From positions 127,475,256 to 127,539,255 of the forward strand of contig NC_052149.1 in NCBI RefSeq assembly GCF_902713615.1: a DNA stretch of 64,000 nt, given 5' to 3'. Of this stretch, positions 1 to 10,608 are shown piece after piece (the first letter of the stretch is position 1; the number at the start of each line of letters is the position of its first letter). The DNA is from Scyliorhinus canicula. Its lineage: Eukaryota. The notes beneath the pieces are model-generated. The model did not search any database. It was not told where the DNA came from and saw only the letters and a program-made list of their open reading frames with translations. Both the position numbers and the translations under genes were made by a program.

Positions 1-730
1 GGATAAATGGGCCTTTTTCAGCTTGGCAAACTGTAACAACTAGTGGAGTGTCACAGGGATCAATGCTGGAGCCTCAACTATTCACAATCTATGGGCGCAT
101 TTTAACAGAAATGTCTCTAAGTGTCATTTGTGGCGGGTTTTGTTGGGAGTTTCCACCTGCCTCTGTCGGCGAGTTCCCACCGCTATCTAACCATACTTAG
201 TCACCCTTTTGGGCTCTGGAGAGTTTTTCACCGGTTTACCTCACACTTAGAATTATTCTCATCACTGGGGAGCTGAACTCAGAGATCGAGCCTGAGTTCC
301 CTGGAAAGGATGCCCCAATCTCAAAGTCAGCTTGTGGGTCGTCCCCCCCCCCCCCCCCCCCCCCCACCCACCCATGGCCAATGTCATCCCCCACACACAA
401 ATGGGCACTACCCTACATTTTGGAGTATAACGTGGGTAAATGTGAACTTGTCCACTTTGGCAGGAAGAATAGAAAAGCAGTAAAGTATTTAAATGGAGAG
501 AGATTGAGGAACTGGCTGCTACAGAGGAATCTGGGTGTCCTGGTACATGAATCACAAAACGTTAGTCTGCAGATCCAGCAAGTGATCAGGAAGGGAAATG
601 GAATGTTGGTATTTATTACAAGAGGAACGGAAAATAAAAACAAGGGGGAAAAAATCCATTGAAGCTTTGAAGAATGAGACATGATCTTATTGAGACATAT
701 CAGATTGTGAGTGGAGTTGATCGGGTGGCT
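1..730 (+). mobile_element. CR1-type LINE RT fragment, interrupted at about 92-410 by a GC-rich insertion
   Basis: Degenerate RT motifs: VSQGSMLEPQLF-like at 40-90 and YNVGKCELVHFGRKN...LGVLVHES in ORF 381-662. Confidence 0.75.
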
Positions 731-983
731 ATCAGGTGGTTGTTCCCTCTTCTGGAGGAGAGAGAGAAAGAGGAGGAGACAGAGGGACAAAAGAAAGATA
801 AAGTGAAGGGGAAAGATAGAGAGAGACATGGAGAGAAAGAGAGGGGGTGAGTGCAAACATGGAACATTGCAGGAAGAACAAGGCAGAGAGAGAGAGAGAG
901 AGACAGTCTGAGGAAGATAGTGAGGGTTGGAGTGAGTGGGAAGAGGAAGTGAAGGTGCTGACGTAGTGTCTCTGCCTCATACC

Positions 984-991
984 ATTTACAT
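984..991 (+). promoter_or_regulatory. Octamer-like element ATTTACAT (one mismatch to ATTTGCAT) of the V promoter
   Basis: Lies 41 bp upstream of the TATA box, the usual position for an Ig light-chain octamer. A TGACGT (CRE-like) site is at 959-964. Confidence 0.55.
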
Positions 992-1031
992 ACTGAGGAA
1001 CGGGCAGTCAGACTCTCACAGGCTGCAGCTT

Positions 1032-1037
1032 TATAAA
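1032..1037 (+). promoter_or_regulatory. TATA box of the V promoter
   Basis: TATAAA about 60 bp upstream of the leader ATG. Confidence 0.75.
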
Positions 1038-1097
1038 GCAGAGCCCAGTGAAGGGAGAGTTTATCAGTAACCAGGCACAGGGACAGGAGCAGACACC

Positions 1098-1146
1098 ATG
1101 ATTTCAGCCATCCAGCTGATCTGGCCTCTGGCATTCTGCATCGCAG
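1098..1146 (+). CDS. IGKV: Ig light-chain leader exon (MISAIQLIWPLAFCIA-G, phase 1)
   Basis: ACCATG Kozak, 16 hydrophobic codons plus 1 nt, GT donor at 1147. A 186-bp intron ends at a pyrimidine-rich CAG (AG 1331-1332), and the splice is in frame to G-ISG-DIIMTQSP. Confidence 0.92.
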
Positions 1147-1332
1147 GTACAAATCTCTCTCCTTCCACCTTGAATATTTTCCTGCTCTCCATTTCAATCC
1201 AATTCTACTGACTTGTGATTGAAGGGAAAATGCTGAAAGCAGAGGAACAGTCAGTGTCTCCAACAATATCTCATTGTACAGGCTCTTTCTGTGACAGTTC
1301 TTACTTCACTCTGTTTCTCTATTACCCCTCAG

Positions 1333-1631
1333 GTATCAGTGGAGACATCATCATGACCCAGTCTCCCCCGGTGCTGTCAGTGAGCATGGGCCAGACAATC
1401 ATCATCACCTGTACGGCCAGTTAGGATGCAACTGGTGATGTTGAATGGTATCAACAGCGAGAAGGTCAAAAACCCACTCTGCGGATCTATAATGCAGTGG
1501 GCCGATTCACAGGAACATCCAAACGATTCACCGGCAGTGGATCTGGAACACGATTCACCCTGACAATCAGCAATGTGCAGAATGAGGATGTCGCTGATTA
1601 TTACTGTCAGCAAGGAAGCAGCTTCCCCATA
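1333..1631 (+). pseudogene. IGKV: Kappa-type (type III/NS4-like) V exon with an in-frame TAG in CDR1
   Basis: Reads [48 protein letters not shown]...[36 protein letters not shown]. Both Cys and the FR2 Trp are intact. Stop at 1422-1424 with no frameshift. Confidence 0.92.
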
Positions 1632-1659
1632 CACAGTGATATAGGGCCTTACAAAAACC
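1632..1659 (+). promoter_or_regulatory. V recombination signal (12-bp spacer)
   Basis: CACAGTG (1632-1638) + 12 nt + ACAAAAACC (1651-1659), a perfect consensus. V-12/J-23 is the kappa configuration. Confidence 0.97.
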
Positions 1660-1665
1660 TCAATA

Positions 1666-1781
1666 CACACAGCACCACCTGCTGTACTGACAAATCCCAC
1701 AGTTTATATAAAATATTATAGACACACAATCCCACCTCCTGTACTGACACATCCCACAGTTTTATATTATATAATAAACAC
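1666..1781. repeat. Two-copy 57-bp tandem repeat in the V-J spacer
   Basis: CTGTACTGACA(A/C)ATCCCACAGTTT at 1682 and 1739. Confidence 0.8.
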
Positions 1782-2073
1782 AAGAAAGGAAACTGTACAA
1801 ATGATTCTCACCGTCCACTACACACTCCAGTCCCTGTGGTGTCCACAGCTCACTGAAGGCCTCAAGTTTCCATCTTACTCTCCATGTCCACATATGAAGA
1901 GCAGCTGAAAGATTTATGATCCAAAGATAGAATTCTAAACTCTCCCAACAAAACACAGAGACATTGAGAGAAACAGAGAGTGAGAAAGAGTGAGAGAGAA
2001 AGACATGAGTGAGTGAGAGACACAGAGAGAGACAGAGAGAGGGTGAGAGTGAGTGAGTGAAGCAGAGAGCAGA

Positions 2074-2112
2074 GGTTTTTGTACAGCCCCTGCACTGGAA
2101 GCTGTCAGTGTG
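2074..2112 (-). promoter_or_regulatory. J recombination signal (23-bp spacer)
   Basis: GGTTTTTGT (2074-2082) + 23 nt + CAGTGTG (2106-2112). The essential CAC is retained, with one heptamer mismatch. Confidence 0.95.
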
Positions 2113-2147
2113 GCTTACGTTCGGTAAAGGAACCAAGCTCAGACTGA
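2113..2147 (+). CDS. IGKJ: Ig kappa-type J segment (LTFGKGTKLRL)
   Basis: FGxG motif directly after the RSS, with a perfect GTAAGT donor at 2148 (phase 1). Confidence 0.95.
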
Positions 2148-2825
2148 GTAAGTAAACCCCAATCCTCCGTTATTAACCCTTTCAATACTGAAACTTTCTC
2201 AAACACAAATGCTGAATAGTTGAAGGTGTTAGTGGGGAGCTGCAGTGAATGAAATGGTTCATTGAAGAACACTGTGTAGAACAGGGTGCCCAGCTGTATT
2301 TCTTTAGTTCCATTCCCCCCCTTTAAGCAGCAAGATATAAGTAAGCAGCTTTTACCCACCGTGTGGAGGAGATCTGGACGTTTGCAGACTGTGTTCACAT
2401 TCCTGGACCATGGAGTGAAATCACTCACTAGACTCCTGTCAGTCTGCGTGTGACAGACACGGGCAGAGTTTGATGTGAGCTCTGGCTCCCTGTCACACTC
2501 TCTGATATAACTGATCACAGCAGCAGCAGCAGCACAGTGAGACACCGAAGTCCCACTTCCCCCAGCTTTAACTCTGCTCTCTCCACTCCCTGCTTATCTC
2601 TTAGCAAAGTTCTGATGACAAACAGGTCCAGCAGGGCTCACAATCCAGTGGCTTCAGTGTTCCAGGCTTTTGGGGAGACTCTCAGTTACTTTCTCTTTGG
2701 GTCGAGTACAGTCCGATATTTATCCTCAAAGCAACTTTACTAGAAATGCTCATTTATCTCATCGCTGTTTGTGAGATCTTGCTGTGTACAAGTTATGACA
2801 AGTCTTCAGACGAGGTTTCCTCATT

Positions 2826-3665
2826 TGTTAACTTCTGGATTGGGACCCCAATTTTGTTTTGCTCCCGGGTGAGGAGGTATTAGTTGGCTCCCCTTCTTTA
2901 TTCAATCCCACCTTCAGTTGGTTGCAACAAGCTTAATTTAAAATGGATCCCTTTCGCTGTGGATACCTTGAGCAGTCCAACTATAATAAATTTTTAGAAG
3001 GAGCCAATTTAACTAGGCTTTCTTGAATAAGTTGATGAGTTACTAAAAACCCGAGAAAATAATAAAATCGTTACACATCCTGACCAGAAATGAAAAGTTA
3101 AAAGTACAGATAAAAGGTAAATAAATACAAATCCATCTTTGACTTGTCTGTGTGTGTGGACGGCACAATGTTGCAGCCATTAAGTTGGATGATTCCGGTA
3201 GAGCTGGCTTTGACAGTTTACCAGTTAGCTTGGAGACAATGGGTTCTGCAGGGTGGTTGGATAGCTGTCCAATTTTCTTTCGATGGTTATGGCTGCTGAA
3301 CTTTCTCCCAGCAACAGCAGGAGAGAGAGCCTTTGTCTGTTTGTCTTTTGCTGGGTTGACTTGGTTGCCTTCTTGTTTCTGTGTCACTCACACTCTGACA
3401 CACCAGTGCACTCAGGCCAAATGTGCATTTAGCTATTTAACCCATTTCCCAACAAACAGACATGTCTTTCTCCCCAGAGTCAGTTTACTTTGAACTCAGA
3501 CCATTTCCACATTCTGAGAGAAAACACAACAGGAAATGGGTTTTAGATGTCTGCTCAGATGTGACAAATCAGTCTCCATAGTCTCCTTAACCACTGGAGG
3601 TCAAATTCACTCTTTTGCATCCTTTCTATCTCCGTTTCTAACCCTGTTTGATGAAGTCCCTGACA
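2826..3665 (-). mobile_element. Probable solo LTR
   Basis: About 840-bp non-coding block with TG...CA termini (TGTTAAC at 2826, CCTGACA ending 3665), a minus-strand AATAAA near its 3' end, and flanks CATT/CCTT that could be a 4-bp TSD with one mismatch. Confidence 0.4.
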
Positions 3666-4002
3666 CCTTTCAGGAGCAACATTCCATCTTCAGTCGGGAC
3701 TAGTCAGTCAAGTGTGATCCACAAAGGGATTTCCCAGAAGGTAGCCACTTTAAATTCTCGACCATCTTGGCTCAGTCATAGAGATGTAGGGCACGATTTA
3801 CCAGCCAGTTGCGCTTGAAAGGCAGTGCAGCACACCCGGTAGATGCTGGGAGAACCCTCTTCCGGAATCTATCCAGCTTGCCACATCTCACGAGATCTGA
3901 CGTGATCTCATGAGACGCCGCAATCTGAATCCCGTCCATTGTGGGTGGGATCACGATCTGGCAAATCTGCATATTAGAGTAAGACAGCTAGTCTCACACT
4001 AA

Positions 4003-4167
4003 AATAAAAGCAAATTACTGCGAATGCTGGAATCTGAAACCAAAGAGAAAATGCTGGAAAATCTCAGCAGGTCTGGCAGCATCTGTAGGGAGAGAAAAGA
4101 GCTAACGTTTCAAGTCCAGATGACCTTTTGTCAAAGCTCAGCTGAGATTTTCCAGCATTTTCTCTTT
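4003..4167. mobile_element. Penelope-like (PLE) terminal fragment with a 27-bp inverted repeat and 13-bp TSD
   Basis: 4042-4068 is the perfect reverse complement of 4141-4167. AGTCTCAC(A/T)CTAA is duplicated at 3990-4002 and 4168-4180. Confidence 0.65.
4099..4139 (-). ncRNA. Candidate minimal type I hammerhead ribozyme
   Basis: Minus strand reads GAGCT-TTGACAA-A-AGGTC-ATCTG-GACTT-GAAAC-GTT-AGCTC: stem I GAGCT/AGCTC, stem II AGGTC/GACTT, palindromic ACGT stem III, and a core with U3/A8. Confidence 0.55.
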
Positions 4168-4864
4168 AGTCTCACTCTAATATGCACTCGCTGGATCTAA
4201 GGCCCTGGGATCTAACCCCTTAGCCTTCGAGATCTTGGGTGAGCAACTTTCAGTGCTGATCCCTACAAATGGGAACCAGATGGAATGGCACATGTGGGAG
4301 TATCCCAGGTGATCGGAGGTCCCCAGATACTTGCCCTCGGGGCACTGCTGGGCATTCCAGCCTGGCACCCTAGCAGTGCCACCTTGATAACCTGGCACTG
4401 CCAAGGTGTCTAGATGGTGCTGACAGGGTACTGTCAGCGTGCCAGTCTGGCATTAACCCCATGCCTGGGATTGGGCCCAGGGTGCTGCATGGGTGAGGTG
4501 GGGCCCTGAGGACCCCTTATAGGGGACCTCTTGTAGTTGGGGCATGGGGGTTTCGGGGCTCATGTTAGGGGGTCGAGAGATCAGGACACCATTTAAAAAT
4601 GGCGTCCCAATCTCTTCCTGCACTGAGGAGTTTCAGCGAACGAAGCTCCTCAGTGCAGGAAACGGGTGTGGCCTCGGCAAGACGTTCCCCGCTGAAGTCC
4701 CGAATTGAAACAAAGTCCCGATAGACAGCGTGGTGTTTCCCGGCGCTGGCATTGTCTCGGGACTCTGTTCCACTTTGGTTAGATTGCGTCCATAAAATTT
4801 TACAGCACAGAAAGAGGCCCTTTAGCCCAAAATGTCTGCGCCGACCATCAAGCACTTGTCTATT

Positions 4865-5204
4865 GGGCATGGTGGCACAATGGTTAGCACTGCTGCCTCA
4901 CAGCTCCACGGTTCCGATTTCAATTCCAGCCTCGGATGACTGTCTGTGTGGAATTTGCACATTCTCCCCGTGTCTGCGTGGGTTTCCTCCGGGTGCTCTG
5001 GTTTCCTCCATAGTCCAAAGGTGTGCAGGTTAGGTGGATTGACCATGATATATTTCCCCTCAGTGTCCATAGGTTAGGTGGGGTTACTGGGTTATGGGGA
5101 TAGGGTGGAAGCATGGGCTTAAGTAGGGTGCTATTGCAAGGGCCGATGCAGACTTGATGGGCCAAATGGCCTCCTGCACTGTAAATTCATTGATTCCATG
5201 ATTC
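4865..5204 (+). mobile_element. tRNA-derived SINE (HE1/V-SINE-like)
   Basis: tRNA-like head with box A (GGTGGCACAATGGTTAGC) and box B-like sequence, plus the shared core GTTTGCACATTCTCCCCGTGTCTGCGTGGG. Confidence 0.85.
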
Positions 5205-5719
5205 TAATCCCATTGTCTTGCACTTGGTCCAAACCTTGTATGCCATGGTGTTCCAATTACTCATCTAAATGCTTCTTGTGTGGTTTCCCGTCTCTACCAT
5301 CCTTTCAGGCAGTGAGTTTCAGATTCCCACCACCCTCTGGGTGAAAAAGGTTTTCTTCAAATCCCCTCGAACCCTCCTGTCCCTACCTTAAATCTATGTC
5401 CCCTGGTTATTGACTCTTCTACTAAGGAGAAAAGCTTCTTCCTTTCCACCCGATCTACGCACCTCATAACCTTTTACACCACAATCAGGTCCCTCCTCAG
5501 CCTTCTCTGCTCCAAGGAGTACAACCCCAGCCTGATAACACATTAGGTGTCCTCCAGTCCTCTGGCACCTCACCTCTGGCCAGAGAGGATTTGAAAATGA
5601 ACGTCAGTGTCTTTATTTGTATTTATTTTACAAACACATGTTTCCCTTAATAAAGTTCAATATATCTGAAAGTAATTTGGGGATGTACTACAATGTTGTG
5701 ACATACACATTGGTGATGA

Positions 5720-7182
5720 TCTTTCAGGAATCACTGGAGGCAGGAAGGGTCCCAGAGGACTGGAAAGTGGCTAATGTAACACCACTGTCTAAAAAGGGAG
5801 AGAGGCACAAGACAGGAAATTATAGGCAGGTTAGCCTGACTTCGGTCATTGGTAAGATTTTGGACTTCATTATTAAAGATGAGATCGTGGAATACTTGGA
5901 AGCGCATGATAAAATAGGACTGAGTTAGCATGGCTTCATCAAGTGGAGGTCATGTCTAACAAATCTGTTCAAGTTCTTTAAGGAAGAAGGAAGTTAGACA
6001 AAGGAGAACCAGTGGATGTGATTTATTTAGATTTCCAGAAGGCCTTTAACAAGGTGCTGCATAAGAAACTGTTAAATAAGTTAAGAGCCCATGGTGTTAA
6101 GAGTATGATCCTGGCATGGATAGAGGATTGGCTGACTGGCGGAAGGCAGAGAGTGAGGATAAAGGGGTCCTTTTCAGGATGGCAGCTGGTGACTCGTGGT
6201 GTACCTCAGGGGTCTGTGCTGGGACCACAACCATTCACAATATACATTAATGATCTGGAGGAAGGAACTGAAGGCACTGTTGCTAAGCTTGCAGATGATA
6301 CAGATGATCTGTAGAGGGGCAGGTAGTATTGAGGAAGCAAGGGGGCTGCAGAACTGGTTGGACAGGCTAGGAGAGTGGGCAAAGAAGTGGCAGATGGAAT
6401 ACAATGTGGAAAAGTGTGAAGTTGTGCACTTGGAAGGAGAAATGGAGGCATAGACTATTTTCTAAATGGGGAGATGCTGAGGAAATCAGAAGCACAAAGG
6501 GATTTGGGAGTCCTTGTTCATGATTCTCTTAAGGTTAACATGCAGGTTCAGTTGGCAGTTAGGAAGGCAAATGCAATGTTAGCATTCATGTCGAGAGGGC
6601 TAGAATACAAGACCAGGGATGTACTTCTGAGGCTGTATAAGGCTCTGGTCAGACCCCATTTGGAGTATTGTGAGCAGTTTTGGGCCCCGTATCTAAGGAA
6701 GGATGTGGAAAGGGTCCAGAGGAGGTTCACAAGAATGTTCCCTGGAATGAAGAGCTTGTCATATGAGGAATGGCTGAGGACTCTGGGTTTGTACTCGTTG
6801 GAGTTTAGAAGGATAAGGGGCGAATCTTATTGAAACTAACAGGACACAGCGAGGCCTGGATAGAGTGGACATGGAGAGGCTGTTTCCACTTGTAGGACAC
6901 AATCTCAGACTAAAGGGACAATCCTTTAAAACAGAGATGAGGAGGAATTTCTTCAGCCAGAGGTTGGTGAATCTGTGGAACTCTTTGCCCGCAGAAGGTT
7001 GTGGAGGCCAAATCACTGAGTGTCTTTAAAACAGAGATAGATAGGTTTTTGACCAAGAAGGGGATCACGGGTTATGGGAAGAAGACAGGAGAATGGGGAT
7101 GAGAAAAATATCAGCCATGATTGAATGGCGGAGCAGACTCGATGGGCCAAGTGGCCTAATTCTGCTCCTATGTCTTATGGTT
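5720..7182 (+). mobile_element. 5'-truncated CR1 LINE (RT plus 3' tail)
   Basis: ORFs 5617-5928, 6012-6314 and 6474-6833 carry CR1 RT motifs ([34 protein letters not shown]). Tail CTCCTATGTCTTATG. Confidence 0.9.
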
Positions 7183-7699
7183 GTCACATTTCCGACATTA
7201 TAACAGTGAGTGTTGTCAGCCAAGTCCTCCATTATCAGTAAATGTCTTTAGGAGATTCTAATGTGTGAAATACACAATATAAACACACATCTTTCTTTTC
7301 TGTTTGAAAACTGGGAACTCCCACAGTATCCTTGTTGATTATTTTTCATTAAGGGAGGTGGGCTTCACTGGCTAGACCAGCATTTATATCCCATCCCCGA
7401 TTGCTCTTGTGAAGATGGTGCCGAGCTGGTTCTACTTCCACGAGTACAAACCTAATCTGCTCAACCTTTCCTCACAAGACAACCCCTTCATCAAAGGAAT
7501 CAGCCAAGAGAACCTTCTCTGAACTGCATCCAATGCAAGTAAATAAGGAGAGCAACACTGTTCCCAATAGTCCAGGTATGATTTTCCCAATGGGCTGTAC
7601 TGCTGTAGCATTGGAATGAAGACCTACATTCCATTGGCCTTCCTAATTTCTTCTTGTTCCTCGATGCAGAGATACCCAGATCACTCAACAGTGGTCTGT

Positions 7700-9470
7700 A
7701 TTCTCCACCGCTGGCATGGTAGCGTGGTCCCCGATGCCTAAAAATCAGGATTGGCACCGGGCGCCTCCAGGCGATGATAGAAACCTGATGCTCTGACCAC
7801 CCCACTGGCAGCGGGGTCGAGATTTGCGCCCGCACGCCAGCGGGAGGATGTAAATAAATGCAAATGGGCCATAATGATCCATCTGCATCCATTTAGCAGG
7901 CCAGGCACCCTATTCTTCGGCACTCCTACATCCTCTGGAAGGGGAAAAGCTGTGACCTGTGTTTAAACCCCTCAGATCAATTAGCTGCAAACCATTCATT
8001 CATTTCAAGTAGTTACCTGCGATTGACAGCTTTCACAAAACAACTGCAGCCTTGATTCATTCATCTCCCTTCATGGATGAGTCACTCTAAGTGCTGAAAC
8101 CCCAATGTTCACAAACATCAACCACATCAAAGACTGGTAAATGCACTGAAATAACACACTTGATTAAATGCACTTATTTCTCTTTAGTCAGGGGGTCCAT
8201 GGCGCTGCTCCCTGTAGTTATGAGGACCCTGAGGGGTGGGGTGGGCTTTGGTTAAGGGGTCCATCTAGTTAAGGGGTCCCTCTGGATAAGGGGTCTCGGG
8301 TTAGGGGGTACCTGGGGGCCTCACTATTGAGGGGGTCCCTGAGGGGTCTCCCTATTCATGTGTTCCCTGGGGGGTCTCCCTATTAAGGGGGTCCCTGAGG
8401 GGTCACCGTATAAAGGAGGTGCCTTGCAGGTCTCCCTATTAAGGGGGTTCCCTTGGGGGTCATCCTTTTAAGAGGGTCTCCATATTAAGAGGGTCTCCCT
8501 ATTAAGCAGGCTCCTGGGGATCTCCTTATTCATAGAATTTAAAGTGCAGGAGGCTATTCGGCCCATTGAGTCTGCACCAGCCCTTGGAAAGAGAACCCTA
8601 CCCAAGCCCACATCTCCACCCTAACCCAGTAACCCCACCCAAACGTTTTGGACACTAAGGGCAATTTATCATGGCCAATCCACCTCACCTGCACATCTTT
8701 GGACTGTGGGAGGAAACCGGAGCACCCGGAGAAAACCCACGCAGACACGGGGAGAACGTGCAGACTCGGCACAGGCAGTGACCCAAGTTGGGAATCAAAC
8801 CTGGGACTTGGAACTGTGAAGCAACTGTGCTAACCATTGTGGTACCATGCTGCCCTACCACTGTGCTACCGTGCAGCTGCATGTGTTCCCTGGGGGGGTC
8901 TCCCTATTAAGGGGGTCCCTGAGGGGGTCTCTCTATGAAGGGGGTCCCTTGCGGGTCTCCCTATTAAGGGGGTCTCCCTATTAAGGGGCTCCCTGAGGTT
9001 CTCCCTATTAATGGGGGCCCTGGGGGTGACTCCCTAGTTAAGGAGTCCTGGGGGAGGGGGAGAGGCAGGTCTTGTTAACCCCTGTACTTGGTGGAGGGGC
9101 ACCCAGGAAATCGGGAGCTGGGTGCTGACTTGTGATGCGAGGTGGAGGGTGGCTGGCCATGAGACTTTGTTATCAGGCTGCCCGCTCAAAATGGGGTCCC
9201 GACAGGGGGATTCCCTCCGGAATCCCTCGTATTCCTTGCCATGCATTATTTTGCAAAATCCTGGCCACCCTCCGCACCCACAATGCATTACATGTCCACC
9301 CCATCTCTATCAGAACCCCGCAAAGCCACCCCCCCCCCCCCCATAAGGAAACCTGCGATAGGGAGACCACCCCAGGAACCCCTATAATAGAGTCCCCCCC
9401 CCCCCCCCACAGGAGTCCCTGTAACAGAGAGAGCCCGCCCCCCACCACCCTCGGGGTAAGAAGAGCATGA
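7700..9470. mobile_element. GC-rich element with degenerate GGGGTCTCCCTATTAAGGGGGTCCCTGAG repeats and a nested SINE
   Basis: Repeats at about 8240-8530 and 8880-9040 are split by a minus-strand SINE. Confidence 0.5.
8532..8855 (-). mobile_element. tRNA-derived SINE (HE1/V-SINE-like)
   Basis: Reverse-complement copy of the family core and head. Confidence 0.85.
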
Positions 9471-9544
9471 ATAGACAATACAAAATAAAGGTTACAATTA
9501 TATAGGGGGTGCAGATGTAGAGGAAATGGGTGTATATGTGCACA

Positions 9545-10590
9545 TATGAAGAGAATGTTACTGCCATTAACGTGGCATCAAGAACCAAGGAAAACTGGAG
9601 TCAATGGGAATCGGGAGACAACTCTCTGCTGGTTGGTGTTTAACCAGCACAAAGGATTGTGGTTGTTGGAGGTCAATCATCTCAGCTCCAGGACAATCAT
9701 TGCACGGGTTCCTCAGGATAGTGTCCTGTGCCAAACCATCTTCAGCTGCTTCATCAATGACCTTCCTTCCAGCTACAAGGTCAGAAGTGGGGATGTTTGC
9801 GGATGACTGCACAATGTTCAGCACCATTCACGACTCCTCAGATAATGAAGCAGTCCATGTTCAAATGCAGCAAAACCTGGACAATATCCAGCTTGGGCTG
9901 ACAAGTGGCAAGTAACATTCATGCCAACCATCTCAAACAAAAAAGAGTCTAACGACCGCCCCTTGACATTCAATGGCATTACCATCACTGAGTCCCCACA
10001 ATCAATATCCTGGGGGTTACCATTGATCAGAAACTGAACTGGACTAGCCATAGAAATGCTGTGGCTACCAGGGCAGGTCAGAGAGGCCTAAGTCAGGAGT
10101 GTGATGGAATACTCTCCATTTGCCTGGATGAATGCAGTTCCAACAACACTCAAGAAGCTCAACACCATCCAGGACAAAGCAACCACTTGATTGGCACCCA
10201 TTTCACAAACATTCACTCCCTCTACCACCAACGAACAGTGGCAGCCATGTGTACCATCTTAAAGATGCACTGCAGGAACTCACCAAGGCTCCTCAGACAG
10301 CACCTTATAAACCCAGAACCAATACCATCTAGAAGGACAAGAGCAGCAGATACCTGAGAACACCACCACCTGGAGGCTCCCCTCCAAATCACTCACCACC
10401 CTGACTTGGAAAATTATTGCTGTTCCTTCACTGTCACTGGGTCAAAAATCCTCAAACTCCCTCCCTAACTGCACTGTGGGTGTACCTACAATGGTTCAGG
10501 AATGCAGCTCACCACCACCTTCTCAAGGGGAAATTAAGGACAGACATTAAATGCTGAAACAGCCTGTGACACCCATATCGCTTGAATTAA
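9545..10590 (+). mobile_element. CR1/L2-superfamily LINE 3' fragment (second family)
   Basis: VPQDSVL...FSCFINDLPS and MFADDCTMFSTI RT motifs. The 3' end CACCACCTTCTCAAGGG also occurs in related fragments on the minus strand at about 28810-28920, 29870-30190 and 34390-34850. Confidence 0.8.
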
Positions 10591-10608
10591 TATAGAAAAG
10601 TAATTGAA

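Larger units (their letters stand above)
3770..4750. mobile_element. GC-rich non-autonomous element with an internal palindrome
   Basis: Resembles the other GC-rich inverted-repeat elements in the window. Carries an 18-bp-arm palindrome split by the Penelope-like insertion. Confidence 0.45.

Noticed and set aside
2533-2539. Isolated CACAGTG in the J-C intron, reminiscent of the mammalian intronic heptamer used with the kappa-deleting element
   Set aside because: No nonamer at 12 or 23 nt, and I found no 23-RSS downstream of C. A 7-mer is expected by chance every few kb.
3726-3735. GGGATTTCCC NF-kappaB-like site in the J-C intron
   Set aside because: A degenerate 10-mer is expected about once in an intron this size, and there is no supporting cluster of kappa-enhancer motifs.
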